Below, in pieces: positions 15,201 through 30,800 of a DNA stretch of 64,000 nt. The stretch's first letter is position 1; every line of letters begins with the position of its first letter. The notes below the pieces were generated by a model that was not told where the DNA came from, did not search any database, and saw nothing but the letters and a program-made list of their open reading frames with translations. Position numbers and translations under genes: made by a program. The stretch is from Auanema rhodensis (Eukaryota; Animalia; Nematoda): positions 868,001-932,000 of the forward strand of contig OZ059894.1 in NCBI GenBank assembly GCA_964057225.1, written 5' to 3'.

Positions 15201-18127
15201 TTACCATGCACCAATATCAATAAAAATTTGTTTTTAGACTAATATGGACATGGGGAATCTAATTTTGAAAACCGCATCTCTTTATCTTTCACGTGAAGCG
15301 AGTTACATACCAAGTGCACATCACGTGTACATTTAATTAGCATAAATTAAAGTTCACGTAAATTTCAAAGTCATGGTTACCATGAACTAATATCAATAAA
15401 AAATTGTTTTTAGACTAATATGGACATGGGGAATCTAATTTTGAAAACCGCATCTCTTTATCTTTCACGTGAAGCGAGTTACATACCAAGTGCACATCAC
15501 GTGTACATTTAATTAGCATAAATTAAAGTTCACGTAAATTTCAAAGTCATGGTTACCATGAACCAATATCAATAAAAATTAGTTTTTAGACTAATATGGA
15601 CATGGGGAATCTAATTTTGAAAACCGCATCTCTTTATCTTTCACGTGAAGCCAGTTACATACCAAGTGCACATCACGTGTACATTTAATTAGCATAAATT
15701 AAAGTTCACGTAAATTTCAAAGTCATGGTTACCATGAACCAATATCAATAAAAATTAGTTTTTAGACTAATATGGACATGGGGAATCTAATTTTGAAAAC
15801 CGCATTTCTTTATCTTTCACGTGAAGCGAGTTACATACCAAGTGCACATCACGTGTACATTTAATTAGCATAAATTAAAGTTCACGTAAATTTCAAAGTC
15901 ATGGTTACCATGAACCAATATCAATAAAAATTTGTTTTTAGACTAATATGGACATGGGGAATCTAATTTTGAAAACCGCATCTCTTTATCTTTCACGTGA
16001 AGCGAGTTACATACCAAGTGCACATCACGTGTACATTTAATTAGCATAAATTAAAGTTCACGTAAATTTCAAAGTCATGGTTACCATGAACCAATATCAA
16101 TAAAAATTTGTTTTTAGACTAATATGGACATGGGGAATCTAATTTTGAAAACCGCATCTCTTCATCTTTCACGTGAAGCGAGTTACATACCAAGTGCACA
16201 TCACGTGTACATTTAATTAGCATAAATTAAAGTTCACGTAAATTTCAAAGTCATGGTTACCATGCACCAATATCAATAAAAATTTGTTTTTAGACTAATA
16301 TGGACATGGGGAATCTAATTTTGAAAACCGCATCTCTTTATCTTTCACGTGAAGCGAGTTACATACCAAGTGCACATCACGTGTACATTTAATTAGCATA
16401 AATTAAAGTTCACGTAAATTTCAAAGTCATGGTTACCATGCACCAATATCAATAAAAATTTGTTTTTAGACTAATATGGACATGGGGAATCTAATTTTGA
16501 AAACCGCATCTCTTTATCTTTCACGTGAAGCGAGTTACATACCAAGTGCACATCACGTGTACATTTAATTAGCATAAATTAAAGTTCACGTAAATTTCAA
16601 AGTCATGGTTACCATGAACCAATATCAATAAAAATTAGTTTTTAGACTAATATGGACATGGGGAATCTAATTTTGAAAACCGCATCTCTTTATCTTTCAC
16701 GTGAAGCGAGTTACATACCAAGTGCACATCACGTGTACATTTAATTAGCATAAATTAAAGTTCACGTAAATTTCAAAGTCATGGTTACCATGAACCAATA
16801 TCAATGAAAATTTGTTTTTAGACTAATATGGACATGGGGAATCTAATTTTGAAAACCGCATTTCTTTATCTTTCACGTGAAGCGAGTTACATACCAAGTG
16901 CACATCACGTGTACATTTAATTAGCATAAATTAAAGTTCACGTAAAATTCAAAGTCATGGTTACCATGAACCAATATCAATAAAAATTTGTTTTTAGACT
17001 AATATGGACATGGGGAATCTAATTTTGAAAACCGCATCTCTTTATCTTTCACGTGAAGCGAGTTACATACCAAGTGCACATCACGTGTACATTTAATTAG
17101 CATAAATTAAAGTTCACGTAAATTTCAAAGTCATGGTTACCATGCACCAATATCAATAAAAATTTGTTTTTAGACTAATATGGACATGGGGAATCTAATT
17201 TTGAAAACCGCATCTCTTCATCTTTCACGTGAAGCGAGTTACATACCAAGTGCACATCACGTGTACATTTAATTAGCATAAATTAAAGTTCACGTAAATT
17301 TCAAAGTCATGGTTACCATGAACCAATATCAATAAAAATTAGTTTTTAGACTAATATGGACATGGGGAATCTAATTTTGAAAACCGCATCTCTTTATCTT
17401 TCACGTGAAGCGAGTTACATACCAAGTGCACATCACGTGTACATTTAATTAGCATAAATTAAAGTTCACGTAAATTTCAAAGTCATGGTTACCATGAACC
17501 AATATCAATAAAAATTAGTTTTTAGACTAATATGGACATGGGGAATCTAATTTTGAAAACCGCATTTCTTTATCTTTCACGTGAAGCGAGTTACATACCA
17601 AGTGCACATCACGTGTACATTTAATTAGCATAAATTAAAGTTCACGTAAAATTCAAAGTCATGGTTACCATGAACCAATATCAATAAAAATTAGTTTTTA
17701 GACTAATATGGACATGGGGAATCTAATTTTGAAAACCGCATCTCTTTATCTTTCACGTGAAGCGAGTTACATACCAAGTGCACATCACGTGTACATTTAA
17801 TTAGCATAAATTAAAGTTCACGTAAATTTCAAAGTCATGGTTACCATGAACCAATATCAATGAAAATTTGTTTTTAGACTAATATGGACATGGGGAATCT
17901 AATTTTGAAAACCGCATTTCTTTATCTTTCACGTGAAGCGAGTTACATACCAAGTGCACATCACGTGTACATTTAATTAGCATAAATTAAAGTTCACGTA
18001 AAATTCAAAGTCATGGTTACCATGAACCAATATCAATAAAAATTAGTTTTTAGACTAATATGGACATGGGGAATCTAATTTTGAAAACCGCATCTCTTTA
18101 TCTTTCACGTGAAGCGAGTTACATACC

Positions 18128-21100
18128 AAGTGCACATCACGTGTACATTTAATTAGCATAAATTAAAGTTCACGTAAAATTCAAAGTCATGGTTACCATG
18201 AACCAATATCAATAAAAATTTGTTTTTAGACTAATATGGACATGGGGAATCTAATTTTGAAAACCGCATCTCTTTATCTTTCACGTGAAGCGAGTTACAT
18301 ACCAAGTGCACATCACGTGTACATTTAATTAGCATAAATTAAAGTTCACGTAAATTTCAAAGTCATGGTTACCATGCACCAATATCAATAAAAATTTGTT
18401 TTTAGACTAATATGGACATGGGGAATCTAATTTTGAAAACCGCATCTCTTCATCTTTCACGTGAAGCGAGTTACATACCAAGTGCACATCACGTGTACAT
18501 TTAATTAGCATAAATTAAAGTTCACGTAAATTTCAAAGTCATGGTTACCATGCACCAATATCAATAAAAATTTGTTTTTAGACTAATATGGACATGGGGA
18601 ATCTGATTTTGAAAACCGCATCTCTTTATCTTTCACGTGAAGCGAGTTACATACCAAGTGCACATCACGTGTACATTTAATTAGCATAAATTAAAGTTCA
18701 CGTAAATTTCAAAGTCATGGTTACCATGCACCAATATCAATAAAAATTTGTTTTTAGACTAATATGGACATGGGGAATCTAATTTTGAAAACCGCATCTC
18801 TTTATCTTTCACGTGAAGCGAGTTACATACCAAGTGCACATCACGTGTACATTTAATTAGCATAAATTAAAGTTCACGTAAATTTCAAAGTCATGGTTAC
18901 CATGAACCAATATCAATAAAAATTTGTTTTTAGACTAATATGGACATGGGGAATCTAATTTTGAAAACCGCATCTCTTTATCTTTCACGTGAAGCGAGTT
19001 ACATACCAAGTGCACATCACGTGTACATTTAATTAGCATAAATTAAAGTTCACGTAAATTTCAAAGTCATGGTTACCATGAACCAATATCAATAAAAATT
19101 TGTTTTTAGACTAATATGGACATGGGGAATCTAATTTTGAAAACCGCATCTCTTTATCTTTCACGTGAAGCGAGTTACATACCAAGCGCACATCACGTGT
19201 ACATTTAATTAGCATAAATTAAAGTTCACGTAAATTTCAAAGTCATGGTTACCATGAACCAATATCAATAAAAATTTGTGTTTAGACTAATATGGACATG
19301 GGGAATCTAATTTTGAAAACCGCATCTCTTTATCTTTCACGTGAAGCGAGTTACATACCAAGTGCACATCACGTGTACATTTAATTAGCATAAATTAAAG
19401 TTCACGTAACTTTCAAAGTCATGGTTACCATGAAGCAATATCAATAAAAATTTGTTTTTAGACTAATATGGACATGGGGAATCTAATTTTGAAAACCGCA
19501 TCTCTTTATCTTTCACGTGAAGCGAGTTACATACTAAGTGCACATCACGTGTACATTTAATTAGCATAAATTAAAGTTCACGTAAATTTCAAAGTCATGG
19601 TTACCATGCACCAATATCAATAAAAATTTGTTTTTAGACTAATATGGACATGGGGAATCTAATTTTGAAAACCGCATCTCTTTATCTTTCACGTGAAGCG
19701 AGTTACATACCAAGTGCACATCACGTGTACATTTAATTAGCATAAATTAAAGTTCACGTAAATTTCAAAGTCATGGTTACCATGCACCAATATCAATAAA
19801 AATTTGTTTTTAGACTAATATGGACATGGGGAATCTAATTTTGAAAACCGCATCTCTTCATCTTTCACGTGAAGCGAGTTACATACCAAGTGCACATCAC
19901 GTGTACATTTAATTAGCATAAATTAAAGTTCACGTAAATTTCAAAGTCATGGTTACCATGCACCAATATCAATAAAAATTTGTTTTTAGACTAATATGGA
20001 CATGGGGAATCTGATTTTGAAAACCGCATCTCTTTATCTTTCACGTGAAGCGAGTTACATACCAAGTGCACATCACGTGTACATTTAATTAGCATAAATT
20101 AAAGTTCACGTAAATTTCAAAGTCATGGTTACCATGCACCAATATCAATAAAAATTTGTTTTTAGACTAATATGGACATGGGGAATCTAATTTTGAAAAC
20201 CGCATCTCTTTATCTTTCACGTGAAGCGAGTTACATACCAAGTGCACATCACGTGTACATTTAATTAGCATAAATTAAAGTTCACGTAAATTTCAAAGTC
20301 ATGGTTACCATGAACCAATATCAATAAAAATTTGTTTTTAGACTAATATGGACATGGGGAATCTAATTTTGAAAACCGCATCTCTTTATCTTTCACGTGA
20401 AGCGAGTTACATACCAAGTGCACATCACGTGTACATTTAATTAGCATAAATTAAAGTTCACGTAAATTTCAAAGTCATGGTTACCATGAACCAATATCAA
20501 TAAAAATTTGTTTTTAGACTGATATGGACATGGGGAATCTAATTTTGAAAACCGCATCTCTTTATCTTTCACGTGAAGCGAGTTACATACCAAGCGCACA
20601 TCACGTGTACATTTAATTAGCATAAATTAAAGTTCACGTAAAATTCAAAGTCATGGTTACCATGAACCAATATCAATAAAAATTTGTTTTTAGACTAATA
20701 TGGACATGGGGAATCTAATTTTGAAAACCGCATCTCTTTATCTTTCACGTGAAGCGAGTTACATACCAAGTGCACATCACGTGTACATTTAATTAGCATA
20801 AATTAAAGTTCACGTAAATTTCAAAGTCATGGTTACCATGCACCAATATCAATAAAAATTTGTTTTTAGACTAATATGGACATGGGGAATCTAATTTTGA
20901 AAACCGCATCTCTTCATCTTTCACGTGAAGCGAGTTACATACCAAGTGCACATCACGTGTACATTTAATTAGCATAAATTAAAGTTCACGTAAATTTCAA
21001 AGTCATGGTTACCATGCACCAATATCAATAAAAATTTGTTTTTAGACTAATATGGACATGGGGAATCTGATTTTGAAAACCGCATCTCTTTATCTTTCAC

Positions 21101-24100
21101 GTGAAGCGAGTTACATACCAAGTGCACATCACGTGTACATTTAATTAGCATAAATTAAAGTTCACGTAAATTTCAAAGTCATGGTTACCATGCACCAATA
21201 TCAATAAAAATTTGTTTTTAGACTAATATGGACATGGGGAATCTAATTTTGAAAACCGCATCTCTTTATCTTTCACGTGAAGCGAGTTACATACCAAGTG
21301 CACATCACGTGTACATTTAATTAGCATAAATTAAAGTTCACGTAAATTTCAAAGTCATGGTTACCATGAACCAATATCAATAAAAATTTGTTTTTAGACT
21401 AATATGGACATGGGGAATCTAATTTTGAAAACCGCATCTCTTTATCTTTCACGTGAAGCGAGTTACATACCAAGTGCACATCACGTGTACATTTAATTAG
21501 CATAAATTAAAGTTCACGTAAATTTCAAAGTCATGGTTACCATGAACCAATATCAATAAAAATTTGTTTTTAGACTAATATGGACATGGGGAATCTAATT
21601 TTGAAAACCGCATCTCTTTATCTTTCACGTGAAGCGAGTTACATACCAAGCGCACATCACGTGTACATTTAATTAGCATAAATTAAAGTTCACGTAAATT
21701 TCAAAGTCATGGTTACCATGAACCAATATCAATAAAAATTTGTGTTTAGACTAATATGGACATGGGGAATCTAATTTTGAAAACCGCATCTCTTTATCTT
21801 TCACGTGAAGCGAGTTACATACCAAGTGCACATCACGTGTACATTTAATTAGCATAAATTAAAGTTCACGTAACTTTCAAAGTCATGGTTACCATGAAGC
21901 AATATCAATAAAAATTTGTTTTTAGACTAATATGGACATGGGGAATCTAATTTTGAAAACCGCATCTCTTTATCTTTCACGTGAAGCGAGTTACATACTA
22001 AGTGCACATCACGTGTACATTTAATTAGCATAAATTAAAGTTCACGTAAATTTCAAAGTCATGGTTACCATGCACCAATATCAATAAAAATTTGTTTTTA
22101 GACTAATATGGACATGGGGAATCTAATTTTGAAAACCGCATCTCTTTATCTTTCACGTGAAGCGAGTTACATACCAAGTGCACATCACGTGTACATTTAA
22201 TTAGCATAAATTAAAGTTCACGTAAATTTCAAAGTCATGGTTACCATGAACCAATATCAATAAAAATTTGTTTTTAGACTAATATGGACATGGGGAATCT
22301 AATTTTGAAAACCGCATCTCTTCATCTTTCACGTGAAGCGAGTTACATACCAAGTGCACATCACGTGTACATTTAATTAGCATAAATTAAAGTTCACGTA
22401 AATTTCAAAGTCATGGTTACCATGCACCAATATCAATAAAAATTTGTTTTTAGACTAATATGGACATGGGGAATCTAATTTTGAAAACCGCATCTCTTCA
22501 TCTTTCACGTGAAGCGAGTTACATACCAAGTGCACATCACGTGTACATTTAATTAGCATAAATTAAAGTTCACGTAAATTTCAAAGTCATGGTTACCATG
22601 CACCAATATCAATAAAAATTTGTTTTTAGACTAATATGGACATGGGGAATCTGATTTTGAAAACCGCATCTCTTTATCTTTCACGTGAAGCGAGTTACAT
22701 ACCAAGTGCACATCACGTGTACATTTAATTAGCATAAATTAAAACTCACGTAAATTTCAAAGTCATGGTTACCATGCACCAATATCAATAAAAATTTGTT
22801 TTTAGACTAATATGGACATGGGGAATCTAATTTTGAAAACCGCATCTCTTTATCTTTCACGTGAAGCGAGTTACATACCAAGTGCACATCACGTGTACAT
22901 TTAATTAGCATAAATTAAAGTTCACGTAAATTTCAAAGTCATGGTTACCATGAACCAATATCAATAAAAATTTGTTTTTAGACTAATATGGACATGGGGA
23001 ATCTAATTTTGAAAACCGCATCTCTTTATCTTTCACGTGAAGCGAGTTACATACCAAGTGCACATCACGTGTACATTTAATTAGCATAAATTAAAGTTCA
23101 CGTAAATTTCAAAGTCATGGTTACCATGAACCAATATCAATAAAAATTTGTTTTTAGACTAATATGGACATGGGGAATCTAATTTTGAAAACCGCATCTC
23201 TTTATCTTTCACGTGAAGCGAGTTACATACCAAGCGCACATCACGTGTACATTTAATTAGCATAAATTAAAGTTCACGTAAAATTCAAAGTCATGGTTAC
23301 CATGAACCAATATCAATAAAAATTTGTTTTTAGACTAATATGGACATGGGGAATCTAATTTTGAAAACCGCATCTCTTTATCTTTCACGTGAAGCGAGTT
23401 ACATACCAAGTGCACATCACGTGTACATTTAATTAGCATAAATTAAAGTTCACGTAAATTTCAAAGTCATGGTTACCATGCACCAATATCAATAAAAATT
23501 TGTTTTTAGACTAATATGGACATGGGGAATCTAATTTTGAAAACCGCATCTCTTCATCTTTCACGTGAAGCGAGTTACATACCAAGTGCACATCACGTGT
23601 ACATTTAATTAGCATAAATTAAAGTTCACGTAAATTTCAAAGTCATGGTTACCATGCACCAATATCAATAAAAATTTGTTTTTAGACTAATATGGACATG
23701 GGGAATCTGATTTTGAAAACCGCATCTCTTTATCTTTCACGTGAAGCGAGTTACATACCAAGTGCACATCACGTGTACATTTAATTAGCATAAATTAAAG
23801 TTCACGTAAATTTCAAAGTCATGGTTACCATGCACCAATATCAATAAAAATTTGTTTTTAGACTAATATGGACATGGGGAATCTAATTTTGAAAACCGCA
23901 TCTCTTTATCTTTCACGTGAAGCGAGTTACATACCAAGTGCACATCACGTGTACATTTAATTAGCATAAATTAAAGTTCACGTAAATTTCAAAGTCATGG
24001 TTACCATGAACCAATATCAATAAAAATTTGTTTTTAGACTAATATGGACATGGGGAATCTAATTTTGAAAACCGCATCTCTTTATCTTTCACGTGAAGCG

Positions 24101-24815
24101 AGTTACATACCAAGTGCACATCACGTGTACATTTAATTAGCATAAATTAAAGTTCACGTAAATTTCAAAGTCATGGTTACCATGAACCAATATCAATAAA
24201 AATTTGTTTTTAGACTAATATGGACATGGGGAATCTAATTTTGAAAACCGCATCTCTTTATCTTTCACGTGAAGCGAGTTACATACCAAGCGCACATCAC
24301 GTGTACATTTAATTAGCATAAATTAAAGTTCACGTAAATTTCAAAGTCATGGTTACCATGAACCAATATCAATAAAAATTTGTGTTTAGACTAATATGGA
24401 CATGGGGAATCTAATTTTGAAAACCGCATCTCTTTATCTTTCACGTGAAGCGAGTTACATACCAAGTGCACATCACGTGTACATTTAATTAGCATAAATT
24501 AAAGTTCACGTAACTTTCAAAGTCATGGTTACCATGAAGCAATATCAATAAAAATTTGTTTTTAGACTAATATGGACATGGGGAATCTAATTTTGAAAAC
24601 CGCATCTCTTTATCTTTCACGTGAAGCGAGTTACATACTAAGTGCACATCACGTGTACATTTAATTAGCATAAATTAAAGTTCACGTAAATTTCAAAGTC
24701 ATGGTTACCATGCACCAATATCAATAAAAATTTGTTTTTAGACTAATATGGACATGGGGAATCTAATTTTGAAAACCGCATCTCTTTATCTTTCACGTGA
24801 AGCGAGTTACATATC
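18128..24815. repeat. Nascent higher-order repeat in array A: alternating 8/9-mer and 6-mer blocks (14-mer = 2464 bp, 15-mer = 2640 bp); boundaries approximate
   Basis: Variant AATCTGATTT at 18605, 20013, 21069, 22653, 23709 and variant AAGCGCAC at 19187, 20595, 21651, 23235, 24291 share the spacings 1408/1056/1584/1056. Variant TTGTGTTT lies at 19280, 21744 and 24384. Confidence 0.85.
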
Positions 24816-27800
24816 AAGTGCACATCACGTGTACATTTAATTAGCATAAATTAAAGTTCACGTAAATTTCAAAGTCATGGTTACCATGCACCAATATCAA
24901 TAAAAATTTGTTTTTAGACTAATATGGACATGGGGAATCTAATTTTGAAAACCGCATCTCTTTATCTTTCACGTGAAGCGAGTTACATACCAAGTGCACA
25001 TCACGTGTACATTTAATTAGCATAAATTAAAGTTCACGTAAATTTCAAAGTCATGGTTACCATGCACCAATATCAATAAAAATTTGTTTTTAGACTAATA
25101 TGGACATGGGGAATCTAATTTTGAAAACCGCATCTCTTTATCTTTCACGTGAAGCGAGTTACATACCAAGTGCACATCACGTGTACATTTAATTAGCATA
25201 AATTAAAGTTCACGTAAATTTCAAAGTCATGGTTACCATGCACCAATATCAATAAAAATTTGTTTTTAGACTAATATGGACATGGGGAATCTAATTTTGA
25301 AAACCGCATCTCTTTATCTTTCACGTGAAGCGAGTTACATACCAAGTGCACATCACGTGTACATTTAATTAGCATAAATTAAAGTTCACGTAAATTTCAA
25401 AGTCATGGTTACCATGCACCAATATCAATAAAAATTTGTTTTTAGATTAATATGGACATGGGGAATCTAATTTTGAAAACCGCATCTCTTTATCTTTCAC
25501 GTGGAGCGAGTTACATACCAAGTGCACATCACGTGTACATTTAATTAGCATAAATTAAAGTTCACGTAAATTTCAAAGTCATGGTTACCATGAAGCAATA
25601 TCAATAAAAATTTGTTTTTAGACTAATATGGACATGGGGAATCTAATTTTGAAAACCGCATCTCTTTATCTTTCACGTGAAGCGAGTTACATACCAAGTG
25701 CACATCACGTGTACATTTAATTAGCATAAATTAAAGTTCACGTAAATTTCAAAGTCATGGTTACCATGAAGCAATATCAATAAAAATTTGTTTTTAGACT
25801 AATATGGACATGGGGAATCTAATTTTGAAAACCGCATCTCTTTATCTTTCACGTGAAGCGAGTTACATACCAAGTGCACATCACGTGTACATTTAATTAG
25901 CATAAATTAAAGTTCACGTAAATTTCAAAGTCATGGTTACCATGAACCAATATCAATAAACATTTGTTTTTAGACTAATATGGACATGGGGAATCTAATT
26001 TTGAAAACCGCATTTCTTTATCTTTCACGTGAAGCGAGTTACATACCAAGTGCACATCACGTGTACATTTAATTAGCATAAATTAAAGTTCACGTAAATT
26101 TCAAAGTCATGGTTACCATGAAGCAATATCAATAAAAATTTGTTTTTAGACTAATATGGACATGGGGAATCTAATTTTGAAAACCGCATCTCTTTATCTT
26201 TCACGTGAAGCGAGTTACATACCAAGTGCACATCACGTGTACATTTAATTAGCATAAATTAAAGTTCACGTAAATTTCAAAGTCATGGTTACCATGAAGC
26301 AATATCAATAAAAATTTGTTTTTAGACTAATATGGACATGGGGAATCTAATTTTGAAAACCGCATCTCTTTATCTTTCACGTGAAGCGAGTTACATACCA
26401 AGTGCACATCACGTGTACATTTAATTAGCATAAATTAAAGTTCACGTAAATTTCAAAGTCATGGTTACAATGAAGCAATATCAATAAAAATTTGTTTTTA
26501 GACTAATATGGACATGGGGAATCTAATTTTGAAAACCGCATCTCTTTATCTTTCACGTGAAGCGAGTTACATACCAAGTGCACATCACGTGTACATTTAA
26601 TTAGCATAAATTAAAGTTCACGTAAATTTCAAAGTCATGGTTACCATGAACCAATATCAATAAAAATTTGTTTTTAGACTAATATGGACATGGGGAATCT
26701 AATTTTGAAAACCGCATCTCTTTATCTTTCACGTGAAGCGAGTTACATACCAAGTGCACATCACGTGTACATTTAATTAGCATAAATTAAAGTTCACGTA
26801 AAATTCAAAGTCATGGTTACCATGAACCAATATCAATAAAAATTTGTTTTTAGACTAATATGGACATGGGGAATCTAATTTTGAAAACCGCATCTCTTTA
26901 TCTTTCACGTGAAGCGAGTTACATACCAAGTGCACATCACGTGTACATTTAATTAGCATAAATTAAAGTTCACGTAAATTTCAAAGTCATGGTTACCATG
27001 AACCAATATCAAAAAAAATTTGTTTTTAGACTAATATGGACATGGGGAATCTAATTTTGAAAACCGCATCTCTTTATCTTTCACGTGAAGCGAGTTACAT
27101 ACCAAGTGCACATCACGTGTACATTAAATTAGCATTAATTAAAGTTCACGTAAATTTCAAAGTCATGGTTACCATGAACCAATATCGATAAAAATTTGTT
27201 TTTAGACTAATATGGACATGGGGAATCTAATTTTGAAAACCGCATCTCTTTATCTTTCACGTGAAGCGAGTTACATACCAAGTGCACATCACGTGTACAT
27301 TTAATTAGCATAAATTAAAGTTCACGTATATTTCAAAGTCATGGTTACCATGAACTAATATCAATAAAAATTTGTTTTTAGACTAATATGGACATGGGGA
27401 ATCTAATTTTGAAAACCGCATCTCTTTATCTTTCACGTGAAGCGAGTTACATACCAAGTGCACATCACGTGTACATTTAATTAGCATAAATTAAAGTTCA
27501 CGTAAATTTCAAAGTCATGGTTACCATGAACTAATATCAATAAAAATCTGTTTTTAGACTAATATGGACATGGGGAATCTAATTTTGAAAACCGCATCTC
27601 TTTATCTTTCACGTGAAGCGAGTTACTTACCAAGTGCACATCACGTGTACATTTAATTAGCATAAATTAAAGTTCACGTAAATTTCAAAGTCATGGTTAC
27701 CATGAACCAATATCAATAAAAATTTGTTTTTAGACTAATATGGACATGGGGAATCTAATTTTGAAAACCGCATCTCTTTATCTTTCACGTGAAGCGAGTT

Positions 27801-30800
27801 ACATACCAAGTGCACATCACGTGTACATTTAATTAGCATAAATTAAAGTTCACGTAAATTTCAAAGTCATGGTTACCATGAACCAATATCAATAAAAATT
27901 TGTTTTTAGACTAATATGGACATGGGGAATCTAATTTTGAAAACCGCATCTCTTTATCTTTCACGTGAAGCGAGTTACATACCAAGTGCACATCACGTGT
28001 ACATTTAATTAGCATAAATTAAAGTTCACGTAAATTTCAAAGTCATGGTTACCATGAACCAATATCAATAAAAATTTGTTTTTAGACTAATATGGACATG
28101 GGGAATCTAATTTTGAAAACCGCATCTCTTTATCTTTCACGTGAAGCGAGTTACATACCAAGTGCAGATCACGTGTACATTTAATTAGCATAAATTAAAG
28201 TTCACGTAAATTTCAAAGTCATGGTTACCATGAACCAATATCAATAAAAATTTGTTTTTAGACTAATATGGACATGGGGAATCTAATTTTGAAAACCGCA
28301 TCTCTTTATCTTTCACGTGAAGCGAGTTACATACCAAGTGCACATCACGTGTACATTTAATTAGCATAAATTAAAGTTCACGTAAATTTCAAAGTCATGG
28401 TTACCATGAACCAATATCAATAAAAATTTGTTTTTAGACTAATATGGACATGGGGAATCTAATTTTGAAAACCGCATCTCTTCATCTTTCACGTGAAGCG
28501 AGTTACATACCAAGTGCACATCACGTGTACATTTAATTAGCATAAATTAAAGTTCACGTAAATTTCAAAGTCATGGTTACCATGCACCAATATCAATAAA
28601 AATTTGTTTTTAGACTAATATGGACATGGGGAATCTAATTTTGAAAACCGCATCTCTTTATCTTTCACGTGAAGCGAGTTACATACCAAGTGCACATCAC
28701 GTGTACATTTAATTAGCATAAATTAAAGTTCACGTAAATTTCAAAGTCATGGTTACCATGCACCAATATCAATAAAAATTTGTTTTTAGACTAATATGGA
28801 CATGGGGAATCTAATTTTGAAAACCGCATCTCTTTATCTTTCACGTGAAGCGAGTTACATACCAAGTGCACATCACGTGTACATTTAATTAGCATAAATT
28901 AAAGTTCACGTAAATTTCAAAGTCATGGTTACCATGAAGCAATATCAATAAAAATTTCTTTTTAGACTAATATGGACATGGGGAATCTAATTTTGAAAAC
29001 CGCATCTCTTTATCTTTCACGTGAAGCGAGTTACATACCAAGTGCACATCACGTGTACATTTAATTAGCATAAATTAAAGTTCACGTAAATTTCAAAGTC
29101 ATGGTTACCATGAAGCAATATCAATAAAAATTTGTTTTTAGACTAATATGGACATGGGGAATCTAATTTTGAAAACCGCATCTCTTTATCTTTCACGTGA
29201 AGCGAGTTACATACCAAGTGCACATCACGTGTACATTTAATTAGCATAAATTAAAGTTCACGTAAATTTCAAAGTCATGGTTACCATGAACCAATATCAA
29301 TAAAAATTTGTTTTTAGACTAATATGGACATGGGGAATCTAATTTTGAAAACCGCATCTCTTTATCTTTCACGTGAAGCGAGTTACATACCAAGTGCACA
29401 TCACGTGTACATTTAATTAGCATAAATTAAAGTTCACGTAAATTTCAAAGTCATGGTTACCATGAACCAATATCAATAAAAATTTGTTTTTAGACTAATA
29501 TGGACATGGGGAATCTAATTTTGAAAACCGCATCTCTTCATCTTTCACGTGAAGCGAGTTACATACCAAGTGCACATCACGTGTACATTTAATTAGCATA
29601 AATTAAAGTTCACGTAAATTTCAAAGTCATGGTTACCATGAACCAATATCAATAAAAATTTGTTTTTAGACTAATATGGACATGGGGAATCTAATTTTGA
29701 AAACCGCATCTCTTTATCTTTCACGTGAAGCGAGTTACATACCAAGTGCACATCACGTGTACATTTAATTAGCATAAATTAAAGTTCACGTAAATTTCAA
29801 AGTCATGGTTACCATGAAGCAATATCAATAAAAATTTGTTTTTAGACTAATATGGACATGGGGAATCTAATTTTGAAAACCGCATCTCTTTATCTTTCAC
29901 GTGAAGCGAGTTACATACCAAGTGCACATCACGTGTACATTTAATTAGCATAAATTAAAGTTCACGTAAATTTCAAAGTCATGGTTACAATGAAGCAATA
30001 TCAATAAAAATTTGTTTTTAGACTAATATGGACATGGGGAATCTAATTTTGAAAACCGCATCTCTTTATCTTTCACGTGAAGCGAGTTACATACCAAGTG
30101 CACATCACGTGTACATTTAATTAGCATTAATTAAAGTTCACGTAAATTTCAAAGTCATGGTTACCATGCACCAATATCAATAAAAATTTGTTTTTAGATT
30201 AATATGGACATGGGGAATCTAATTTTGAAAACCGCATCTCTTTATCTTTCACGTGGAGCGAGTTACATACCAAGTGCACATCACGTGTACATTTAATTAG
30301 CATAAATTAAAGTTCACGTAAATTTCAAAGTCATGGTTACCATGAAGCAATATCAATAAAAATTTGTTTTTAGACTAATATGGACATGGGGAATCTAATT
30401 TTGAAAACCGCATCTCTTTATCTTTCACGTGAAGCGAGTTACATACCAAGTGCACATCACGTGTACATTTAATTAGCATAAATTAAAGTTCACGTAAATT
30501 TCAAAGTCATGGTTACCATGAAGCAATATCAATAAAAATTTGTTTTTAGACTAATATGGACATGGGGAATCTAATTTTGAAAACCGCATCTCTTTATCTT
30601 TCACGTGAAGCGAGTTACATACCAAGTGCACATCACGTGTACATTTAATTAGCATAAATTAAAGTTCACGTAAATTTCAAAGTCATGGTTACCATGAACC
30701 AATATCAATAAAAATTTGTTTTTAGACTAATATGGACATGGGGAATCTAATTTTGAAAACCGCATTTCTTTATCTTTCACGTGAAGCGAGTTACATACCA

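Noticed and set aside
20441-20623. 60-aa minus-strand ORF MLIKCTRDV...FNLC from the ORF track
   Set aside because: It lies wholly within satellite A and exists only because a private A>G at 20521 turns the minus-strand TAG into CAG (…PYQSK…). Other copies retain the stop, 176 is not a multiple of 3, and there is no recognisable protein similarity.
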